A stretch of DNA of 64,000 nucleotides from Candidatus Hydrogenedentota bacterium (GTDB lineage: Bacteria; Hydrogenedentota; Hydrogenedentia; Hydrogenedentales; SLHB01), in assembly GCA_963668025.2 (NCBI GenBank), contig CAXXTH010000017.1:1216001-1280000 (forward strand), in the 5' to 3' direction. The notes under the pieces are model-generated. The model did no database searches. It was not told the origin of the DNA and was given only the letters and a program-made list of their open reading frames with translations. Both the position numbers and the translations under genes were made by a program. How positions within the stretch are numbered: the stretch's first letter is position 1; every line of letters begins with the position of its first letter. Positions 44,084 to 51,553 of the stretch are shown in pieces.

Positions 44084-44136
44084 GGGGTCCGGGGAGAACC
44101 TTTTTCCAAAAAGGTCCTCCCCGCTGCTTATTCCCC

Positions 44137-45180
44137 TCAGCTCCAATCGCTCCGCACCACCACGCGGGCCTTTTCGTAGATCACCGCGAAGTCCGTCACC
44201 ACTGTCAGGTAGGTGCGATCCCATTGCTGGTTGATCAGCTTGTCGCTCTCCACCAGCAAATCCTGCTCCGTCAGCTTCTGCACGGCATACCGCGCATCCA
44301 AGATCGTTAGCTTGTTCGCAGGCTGCTCCGCCATGGGCACCAGCTTCGCCCCTAGCGGCGTCGGCAGTTCGCCCGACTGCGCGAAATTAAACAGCGTCGC
44401 GTCCTCGAACGGCTCCAGTTGCAACAACGCTTGCACCAGCGCCGCATCCGCCAGCATATGCGTCGGACGAAAGTAATGATCGAGCGCCAGTTTCATGTAG
44501 CCCTTCAAGATGTCCCCATACGCCCATGTCCCCGCCGTGGCCGTGTTGATCGACACCGGAGCCGTATCGCCGCCCGACGAATCCCCCTCCGCCAGCACCG
44601 TGGCCAGCCGTGCATCGAGATTCCGCCCCAGGCGTTCGCCAATGCGTTGGAGATGCACCCGCAGCACTTCCATCGACATGCGGCGGATCACCTCATACGA
44701 CGCGATCACTCCTCGCCCCTTCTTGTCCAGCCGCACCACGCGGTCTCCATATGTGATTTCCGACTCCGGGATTGAAGCCCCTTCCGCCACGTACATCAAT
44801 TCTTCCTGCGCCGCTGATTCCTGCACATACGGCACATCCACCGCCGCGCTTTCCACCGCCTGATCGTTCATGATCAACTGCGGATACATCGGCTTCGACT
44901 TCATCCCCGCCAGCACCGATTCCCGTACCATGTCCGGGAACAGCCATTTCGCGTTCGGGTCTGATTGGAAAAACCGGTCCACCGTGATTTTGTTCACGTC
45001 CACGCCGAACTCCGCCGCGCAGTAGTCCGCCGCATTCGTCCCCAATGCGCGGAAATACTGCCCATGCGATAGCCCCAGCGTGTTCAATGTTTCATACAGC
45101 TCGCGACCCCGGACCTGCCGCAGCCGTTCCGGCTCCTGACCCAAAAACGCCACCCGTTCCTTCATTCGCTCATGCGCCAT
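44137..45180 (-). CDS. Major capsid protein (HK97-fold)
   Basis: 347 aa; VAEGASIPESEITYG..VVRLDKKGRGVIASYEVIRR...LD HK97-like E-loop and spine helix. Confidence 0.88.
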   Translation of the reverse strand: MAHERMKERVAFLGQEPERLRQVRGRELYETLNTLGLSHGQYFRALGTNAADYCAAEFGVDVNKITVDRFFQSDPNAKWLFPDMVRESVLAGMKSKPMYPQLIMNDQAVESAAVDVPYVQESAAQEELMYVAEGASIPESEITYGDRVVRLDKKGRGVIASYEVIRRMSMEVLRVHLQRIGERLGRNLDARLATVLAEGDSSGGDTAPVSINTATAGTWAYGDILKGYMKLALDHYFRPTHMLADAALVQALLQLEPFEDATLFNFAQSGELPTPLGAKLVPMAEQPANKLTILDARYAVQKLTEQDLLVESDKLINQQWDRTYLTVVTDFAVIYEKARVVVRSDWS

Positions 45181-45210
45181 CGTTCTCATTCCCCCATCAT
45201 GCAAATGGCT

Positions 45211-45585
45211 TCACAGCAGCACGTGCGCCGCTCCCAAGCCCGATTTCACCACGATTCCTGAACCACTCCCCGAAGCCGGGGCCTTCACCTTGCCCGCCGT
45301 AGCCGATACCGAAATCCCATGTATGCCATCCACTACCGGCGCATTGCCGTCATAGGCGAACACGCAGATCCCCCGCACCCGCACGGGAATCCCCATGCGG
45401 TTCTCCGCCGCGTCCGCCAGCGCTTCGCCGAACACCGGCGCTTCCGCGCCCGCCGTATTGCTCACCGTATACGGCCCCACCAGCGCCACCGCGTCGCCCT
45501 TGCGAATATTCACGTTCCCGGAGGCCGCTGTCTGGCAGGCAATCACCAGCTCCGTCACCGGACCCCCCACATCTCCATACGCCAT
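45211..45585 (-). CDS. Capsid decoration/cement protein (DUF2190-like), short paralog
   Basis: IRKGDAVAL...VFGEALADAAE...IPVRVRG pattern; directly upstream of the capsid gene. Confidence 0.7.
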   Translation of the reverse strand: MAYGDVGGPVTELVIACQTAASGNVNIRKGDAVALVGPYTVSNTAGAEAPVFGEALADAAENRMGIPVRVRGICVFAYDGNAPVVDGIHGISVSATAGKVKAPASGSGSGIVVKSGLGAAHVLL

Positions 45586-45597
45586 TCCGCGAACTCC

Positions 45598-46284
45598 TCA
45601 CCCTTCCCGGGCAATCGCCAGCGCCACATCGGCGCGTTCTTCCGCATCGAGCGCCTCTGGCTGTGACACCGGTTCCGGCGGGTATTTCTGGTCGAACCGC
45701 ACTTCGAAAGCCCGCAGTTGCCCATGCACCTCATCCAGGCTCAGCCCATCGAGGGCTTTCCGCCAGACCGACTCATCAAATGTGTCTCCGTCCAATTCGC
45801 GCCCCAGCCCGCAGAATCGTTCGATAGCCCGCCGCCGCGCCTCGATGCCATCCCGCACCAGCCGCGCCGCCTGCCCGGACTCCACGCCCGCGGCATCGAG
45901 CGCCGCGCATACCGAACGCACCACGCCCAGCGGCAATCCCGGCTCCCGTTCCACGCATACCACCTGCCGTTCCGCGCCCAGCAGTAAAAACCGCTGCTGT
46001 CCCGGCCGCCCTTCGAGCCAGTAATACGTCCCCGCGTCCACCCGAACGGCGTCCCGGTCGTCATCCAGCCATGCCAGCGGATGCGGACCCTTCGCCTCTG
46101 CCCAACGCTCCTCCTCGAGCCCGCCGCCTTCGATCCGCCAACCCAGCAGGAAGCCGTCCGACTCGAGCCGCAAATCCAAGTGCGGCCCTTCCGCGTCCCG
46201 GTGCCGGTGCAGCACGAAACGCCCTGTGGGCGGCCCTGCCTTCACGCCTTCCGCGCCCGCTTCCCGCGTGATTTTCCAATACAT
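45598..46284 (-). CDS. LigD-type 3'-phosphoesterase-like domain fused to a helical scaffold-like domain
   Basis: RFVLHRH...HLDLRLESDG.L.GW, HPLAWL and VDAGTY match the LigD PE pattern RFVxQxH..HYDxRLExDG..W / HP..Y / WDxGxY. Confidence 0.72.
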   Translation of the reverse strand: MYWKITREAGAEGVKAGPPTGRFVLHRHRDAEGPHLDLRLESDGFLLGWRIEGGGLEEERWAEAKGPHPLAWLDDDRDAVRVDAGTYYWLEGRPGQQRFLLLGAERQVVCVEREPGLPLGVVRSVCAALDAAGVESGQAARLVRDGIEARRRAIERFCGLGRELDGDTFDESVWRKALDGLSLDEVHGQLRAFEVRFDQKYPPEPVSQPEALDAEERADVALAIAREG

Positions 46285-46296
46285 CCAACGCCTCCC

Positions 46297-46488
46297 TTAC
46301 CGGAGCAACTGCTCCGCCAGCGCCGCCACCACGCACGCCAGATTCGCCACCAGTAACAGCACCCCGCGCGCCAGCGTCGCCTCGAGCCGCCGCACCCGCT
46401 CCTTCAACTCGAGCAGGTCCGCCTCCACATTCCGGAACTGCACCTCATACGCCCGCTCGTACGGGCATGGTTCACAATTCACGCTCAT
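46297..46488 (-). CDS. Small coiled-coil plus C-terminal TM protein (XhlA/holin-like)
   Basis: 63 aa; LLELKERVRRLE followed by a hydrophobic segment; GGAGG RBS. Confidence 0.6.
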   Translation of the reverse strand: MSVNCEPCPYERAYEVQFRNVEADLLELKERVRRLEATLARGVLLLVANLACVVAALAEQLLR

Positions 46489-46496
46489 GGCCCTCC

Positions 46497-47186
46497 TCAC
46501 TCCGCCGCCCAAGCCCGCCGCGTCCATATTTCGAGCGGGCGATGGTAGGCCGCGCGCGCCGCTTCGAGCGCCCGCTCCGCGTTCAATGCAGGCTCACTCG
46601 CCACGAATCGCGTGCCCTGCGACCCTGACGGCACCACCGAGCCTTCGATCACCTCCAGCACGTTCCGCATGATGTAATGGCACGCCGCATCACCATACGA
46701 ACGCCCTGGCACGTGGTCGCAGGTCCGCAGATCTTTCCCGCACACGCTGCACTCCGGCGTCTGGAACGAGAACCCAATCGACGTCTCGCGGTACACTCCG
46801 CCCTCGATGTTCAAGATGAATCCCTCGTTCTCCCGCGTCCGCAGCACATACACATCCGGCCGCACCGATACATGCTTCTCATCCCGGTGCAGCCGCGACC
46901 GGAAAAACGTCCCCCGTGGCAGCGAACCCCGCACGTCATGCCGCTCCATCAGCGGACGCCCCGGCGTCAGTTCGTTGATCTTCACCAGCTCCTCTTCCGG
47001 GAAACGGCTGAAATGGCGGTCCACCTGGTCATGGCACAAGTCCATGGTGAACGCCACAAATTCCTGGCGTTCCAGGGGGCGCAGCGCGAAGCGGTTCACC
47101 TCCGCCAGCGTCCCGTCGTCCGCCGCATCCGCGCGCATCCCCACCAGCACGCCCTCGTGCCGGAAAACGAACGGTTCCAGTTCCAT
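46497..47186 (-). CDS. Prohead maturation protease with Cys/His metal-binding insert
   Basis: VDR..SRF, LMERHD, ETSIGF, CSVCG...CDH.PG..Y...C and EGSVV motifs; lies between portal and capsid. Confidence 0.78.
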   Translation of the reverse strand: MELEPFVFRHEGVLVGMRADAADDGTLAEVNRFALRPLERQEFVAFTMDLCHDQVDRHFSRFPEEELVKINELTPGRPLMERHDVRGSLPRGTFFRSRLHRDEKHVSVRPDVYVLRTRENEGFILNIEGGVYRETSIGFSFQTPECSVCGKDLRTCDHVPGRSYGDAACHYIMRNVLEVIEGSVVPSGSQGTRFVASEPALNAERALEAARAAYHRPLEIWTRRAWAAE

Positions 47187-47245
47187 GCATCCCCCTTTGC
47201 CTTTTGCGCTTTTTGTGCCTCTTGTGGCTAGAAAAACTCGTCCAC

Positions 47246-47926
47246 CTACAGCAGCGTCCAAACATAGCCGCCGCCCACCGCCACCGCGATGGTGGCCGCC
47301 GCATCTGCTACATCCACCTGCGTGTTGTCCCAGTCATCCGCCGCCACAGTCACCACCGCGCCGTCCACTGTCGCCGTCACGCCCGTCACGCCATACGTGG
47401 CGTCATTGATCACCGAAGCCAGCGCCGCCGCATCCGCCGCATTGTCCCCGCTGATCGAATATTTCCGTTCCGAAGGCGTCGTCGCCGTGGCATGCGCTGT
47501 GAACGTCACTCCATTGATTGTCACGGCATCTCCCGCCGCCACCGATGTGAGCGTCAGATACCGCTTTGTGGTCTCCGTTTTCAGATTCCGGCCCGTCCCA
47601 TTGCCCGACGCGGGCGGCTTCACGATCCCCCGGTTCACCGAAGCCGCGACGCCCCGCAGGCCATCCGTGGCCGGCAGCCCGCTCGAGAAGCGGAACTTCG
47701 CCACGCCTGACACCAGCACCGGTATCACTTGCGCGTTCTTGGTGGCCGCCGCCATGGCCTGCCCGAAGACCACGTCCTCCGCCGAGAACTCGTTCGTCAC
47801 ACGGAAAAGCCCCGTCAGCTTCACCGCGTCCCCTTTTGCGATATTCACGCCCCCCGAATTCGGCGTCACCATTGTCAGCACGTGCCAATGCTCCTGCCCG
47901 CCAACACCCTTGCCATACGCCACCAT
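47246..47926 (-). CDS. Capsid decoration protein, long paralog with an ~100-aa inserted domain
   Basis: Aligns by eye to 45211-45585 (AYG.VGG, VNI.KGDAV.L.G, VFG.A.A.A, VK.PASG.G.G, terminal LL). Confidence 0.72.
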   Translation of the reverse strand: MVAYGKGVGGQEHWHVLTMVTPNSGGVNIAKGDAVKLTGLFRVTNEFSAEDVVFGQAMAAATKNAQVIPVLVSGVAKFRFSSGLPATDGLRGVAASVNRGIVKPPASGNGTGRNLKTETTKRYLTLTSVAAGDAVTINGVTFTAHATATTPSERKYSISGDNAADAAALASVINDATYGVTGVTATVDGAVVTVAADDWDNTQVDVADAAATIAVAVGGGYVWTLL

Positions 47927-47948
47927 GCCTAAATCCCCTTTCTTGTTT

Positions 47949-49193
47949 TCAGCCGATGCCAAGCGTGCGGGCCGCTTCCCCATGGGCCATAAAGCCCTGA
48001 TCCCGCAGCTTCACCGCATTGTCAATCGCCTTGCCCCGCGCCGACGCCTCCTTCAGCGCGTCCACCGTCCGGTTCTGCCGCATATGCACCCGCGCCCGCG
48101 CGCTGCCCCACATCAGCGCCAGCTCGAAGTTGTAGAGCCGCTCCAGAATCCGCTTCACGCTCCGGTTCACCGCCTCCACCTGCCGGTTGATGATCTCGAA
48201 CTGCGCCGTCCCATAGGTCTCCGTAGTCCCGTAGTTGCGACCCAGCAGGATAGGCATCAGGTGCGTTCCTGTGATCACTTGCTCCTCGATGGCCTTGTGG
48301 TTCTCGTAAAACACCAGGCCCTCCTGGCCCCCGCGCACCAGATTCACCTGCACGTTGTCATAGGTCACCAGATTCTGATCCACCTCGAGGCCCGACAGCT
48401 TTTCCCGCAGCCCCGCGAAGCTCCCTTCGACCCGGTTTCGGTATGCCTCCGCCGATTCCCCCCGCTCGCGTGGCTCCGGCGCATACTGCACGTGCAGCTT
48501 AGGCCACCCCGCGTTATGCGCCGCCTTCGCCATGTCCTCCAGCAGCCGCTGCTGGATCTTCACCACGAACGGAATCGACCGTAGCATCGAACGCCCATAC
48601 GGATTCGTCCCGTCCCGGTCCAGGCCCACATACACGAAGCGCTCCTTCGGCAGCCGGACCTCTTCCCCGTTCACCACCTGGTACGGTTGTAAGCCCCCTG
48701 CTTCGCGCTTGAACCGCACCGTCCACACATCCACCGGAACCACGTCGTGGACGGACTCCCGGCTTTTCGACAGCACGATCTCGAGCGCCGCCGCCCCGTA
48801 CGTGAACAGCGACGCATAGAACACATCCAGCAGCCCGTCCATCCCCCGGTCGCCGCCGTTCACCCGCGTATCCAGCTCCCGCAGCAGACGCTCCGCGCGC
48901 CACTTCGCCACATCCGATGAAGGCTCCACGATCTCGATGTCGTAGCCCGTCTGGCATAGCCGCTTCCACGTCCACACCGCATCCGAGATATCCGGGATCG
49001 CATCCCGCAGAAACCGGTACACCGGCAGCATGAAAAACGGCGTCTCATTCGGCAGCCGCACGAACTCATGCGCGCCCATCCCCAGCGCCCGCACATCCTC
49101 CGCCACCGAAACCGCCCGGAATGTCTCCAGCCGCGTCCCCCGGGGCCGACTCTCTTCCTGCTTGCCCATCCAACGCTTCAGCCACTTCGCCAT
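47949..49193 (-). CDS. Phage portal protein
   Basis: 414 aa; SLFTYGAAALEIV, NPYGRSMLRS and EQVITGTHLMPILLG portal motifs; first gene of the block. Confidence 0.82.
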   Translation of the reverse strand: MAKWLKRWMGKQEESRPRGTRLETFRAVSVAEDVRALGMGAHEFVRLPNETPFFMLPVYRFLRDAIPDISDAVWTWKRLCQTGYDIEIVEPSSDVAKWRAERLLRELDTRVNGGDRGMDGLLDVFYASLFTYGAAALEIVLSKSRESVHDVVPVDVWTVRFKREAGGLQPYQVVNGEEVRLPKERFVYVGLDRDGTNPYGRSMLRSIPFVVKIQQRLLEDMAKAAHNAGWPKLHVQYAPEPRERGESAEAYRNRVEGSFAGLREKLSGLEVDQNLVTYDNVQVNLVRGGQEGLVFYENHKAIEEQVITGTHLMPILLGRNYGTTETYGTAQFEIINRQVEAVNRSVKRILERLYNFELALMWGSARARVHMRQNRTVDALKEASARGKAIDNAVKLRDQGFMAHGEAARTLGIG

Positions 49194-49413
49194 CGCACCA
49201 CCCCCCGCTCCATATCCATCATTCACCCTTTATGGCCACTCTGTTGCACAAATCCTATCCCGTAGCATGGGCGTCCCGCCCATGAAAACGCAGGATTTAT
49301 TACCAGCTAAAAAAGCGCAAGAGATCACAAACATCTTTTTGCGTCTCTTGCGCCTTTTGAGGCCAAATATCCCTTCTTGCCCTATCCCCTCCGCACGCGC
49401 TACAATCCCCGCC

Positions 49414-50013
49414 ATGTTTGCTTTTCTACGAGGTATCATTGCCCGGAAAGACGCCCAACGTGTCGAGCTCGATGTGAACGGAGTGGGCTACGCCCTCCTC
49501 GTGCCTGAACGCATCACGCATAAACTCTCGATTGATGCGCCCGCGACGCTTCTCACGTACTGCTATATCCGGGAAGACGCTTTTCAGCTCTACGGATTCT
49601 TGCGGGAAGAAGAGCGCGCCCTTTTTAAAACCTTGCTCGGCGTCTCTGGCGTAGGCCCCAAGGCCGCCCTCTCGATTCTCTCGGCCATGTCCGTGCAGGA
49701 GATTGGCCGCGCCATCCTCGAAAATGATGTCAAGGCCTTCACCCGCATCAGCGGCATCGGCACCAAAGGCGCGCAGCGCATCATCCTCGAAATGAAGGCC
49801 AAACTCGGCCAGGACACCGAACTCAGCGTTTTGCTCGGTGAAGCCCCCGAACCTACCGCCGATACAGATGATGTCATCGCTGCGCTATGCGCCCTCGGTT
49901 GTACGCTCCCCGAAGCCCGAAAAGCCGCCGCCCGCGCCCGCCAAGGCCTCCCCGCGGACGCACCCGACGAAGAAGTGGTCAAGGCCGCCCTGCGCTCCCT
50001 CGCCAAAACCTGA
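49414..50013 (+). CDS. ruvA: Holliday junction DNA-binding protein RuvA
   Basis: MFAFLRG, VNGVGY, IREDA..LYGF, VSGVGPK and GIGTKGAQRIILE motifs. Confidence 0.96.
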   Translation: MFAFLRGIIARKDAQRVELDVNGVGYALLVPERITHKLSIDAPATLLTYCYIREDAFQLYGFLREEERALFKTLLGVSGVGPKAALSILSAMSVQEIGRAILENDVKAFTRISGIGTKGAQRIILEMKAKLGQDTELSVLLGEAPEPTADTDDVIAALCALGCTLPEARKAAARARQGLPADAPDEEVVKAALRSLAKT

Positions 50014-50020
50014 CCACTAC

Positions 50021-51547
50021 ATGGTGATTCCTGTGCAAAACTTCCTGATCCATTTTGACAACGTCACGCTGCGCGTGGACGGGCGCGATCGGTTTAAAGA
50101 TATCCAGTGGACGATTCGCCCCGGCGAACAATGGGCGGTTATCGGCCCAAATGGCTCTGGCAAAAGCACCTTGCTACGGGCGCTCTTGGGGCAGACGCCC
50201 GTGTCGGACGGCGAGATCCGGTATCAATTGCGTGGAAGCGATGAGGAGCCTGCATGGGATTATCCGGATGGGGCCATCGGCTACGTCTCGCAAGACGAAC
50301 ACCGCGCCCTGCTCCAATCCGTCCTGGCCTATCACCAAGCCCGATGGACTCCCGTGGACGACACGCCTCCCCTGCGCGTGCGTGACGTGATTTCGCAGCG
50401 ACAATATGATCTCGATGAACGCCAGCGCGGCATCCATGAATTACTCGGCATCACCCATCTGCTGGATCGGGGACTCGAAACTCTATCCAACGGTGAAATG
50501 CGCAAGACGCTTATCGCACGCGCCCTGGCTTCCTCTCCAAAAATTGTGCTGCTGGACGCACCTTATGCCGGATTGGACACAGGCGCACGGAAGCATCTAA
50601 AAATATTGCTTGGCCAGCTCATGCACGAAGGACTGAGCATCATCATGTCCGTGCAGCGTCCCGAGGAGCTGCCCCGCGCGGTGACGCATCTCATGTGCAT
50701 GGAAAACAATCGCATCGTGGTCCAAGGGCCTCGTAGGGCGATTATGAAAACCCCGGCCTTTCAACAATGGAAACAACCGCCAACATGCTGCGCCGACTTC
50801 TCCCATGCCACCGCTTTGTTCGACGCCAAGCGTGCTGCAAACAGCAGCAATACCCCTTTGGTCGAGATCAAAAACGCCTCCGTGGCGTACGATGAAGCCC
50901 AAATCCTGTCCAACGTGAGCTGGGAGATCCGACCTGGCGAGAAATGGGTATTGCGCGGTCCAAACGGCTCCGGCAAGAGCACCTTAGCCAGTTTAATCCT
51001 CGGCGACAATCCCCAGGCCTATTCCAACCATGTCCGCGTCTTCGGCTTTTTGCGGGGCCACGGCGAAAGCCTGTGGGAGATCAAAGAGCGGCTCGGATGG
51101 ATCTCGCCCGAACTGCATTATCAATGCGGCCACATGGCCACTTGCCGCGAGATCGTTTGTTCCGGGCTTTACGACACCATGGGCGTCTATCAGGATGGCT
51201 CCGCCCGCGAAGCGCGCCAAGTGCAACGGTGGATGCGCGCCTTGGACATTCATCGCTGGCGCGATGAATATTTCGGGGCCCTTTCAGACGGCCAGCAGCG
51301 CCTCGTATTAATGGCGCGCGCCCTCGTGAAAGAGCCCCCGTTGCTTATTCTAGACGAGCCCTGCCAAGGGCTGGATATCACCCACCGGCAAATCATGCTC
51401 GCATTGCTCGATGCATTGGCCCGGCAGCCTGCCACGGCCATCATCTATATCACCCATCACACCAGCGAGATCCCCGGCTCCTTCACCCACGAACTCTATC
51501 TGAACGCGGGCCGGGTGCTCCGGCAAAAACGCAGGACGCTCGCCTGA
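50021..51547 (+). CDS. ModF-like duplicated ABC ATPase
   Basis: Two GPNGSGKST motifs, LSNGE, GDNPQAYSN, GESLWEIK and LDEPCQGLD. Confidence 0.88.
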   Translation: MVIPVQNFLIHFDNVTLRVDGRDRFKDIQWTIRPGEQWAVIGPNGSGKSTLLRALLGQTPVSDGEIRYQLRGSDEEPAWDYPDGAIGYVSQDEHRALLQSVLAYHQARWTPVDDTPPLRVRDVISQRQYDLDERQRGIHELLGITHLLDRGLETLSNGEMRKTLIARALASSPKIVLLDAPYAGLDTGARKHLKILLGQLMHEGLSIIMSVQRPEELPRAVTHLMCMENNRIVVQGPRRAIMKTPAFQQWKQPPTCCADFSHATALFDAKRAANSSNTPLVEIKNASVAYDEAQILSNVSWEIRPGEKWVLRGPNGSGKSTLASLILGDNPQAYSNHVRVFGFLRGHGESLWEIKERLGWISPELHYQCGHMATCREIVCSGLYDTMGVYQDGSAREARQVQRWMRALDIHRWRDEYFGALSDGQQRLVLMARALVKEPPLLILDEPCQGLDITHRQIMLALLDALARQPATAIIYITHHTSEIPGSFTHELYLNAGRVLRQKRRTLA

Positions 51548-51553
51548 ATCCGC

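Larger units (their letters stand above)
38357..49193 (-). other. Phage-derived virion morphogenesis and lysis gene block (GTA-like or domesticated; no integrase, terminase, tail tube or tape measure recognised)
   Basis: 13 co-oriented, tightly packed ORFs in head-baseplate-lysis order between housekeeping genes. Confidence 0.85.

Noticed and set aside
44137-45180. Encapsulin nanocompartment
   Set aside because: Portal, protease, adaptor, baseplate-like and lysis genes accompany the capsid; encapsulin loci lack these.
38357-49193. Complete inducible prophage
   Set aside because: No integrase, att repeats, repressor, replication, terminase or tape-measure genes recognised; flanks are housekeeping genes.
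38400-51500. C-rich plus strand as evidence of foreign origin of the phage-like block
   Set aside because: The skew continues into ruvA and the ModF-like gene, so it is not specific to the block; not quantified.
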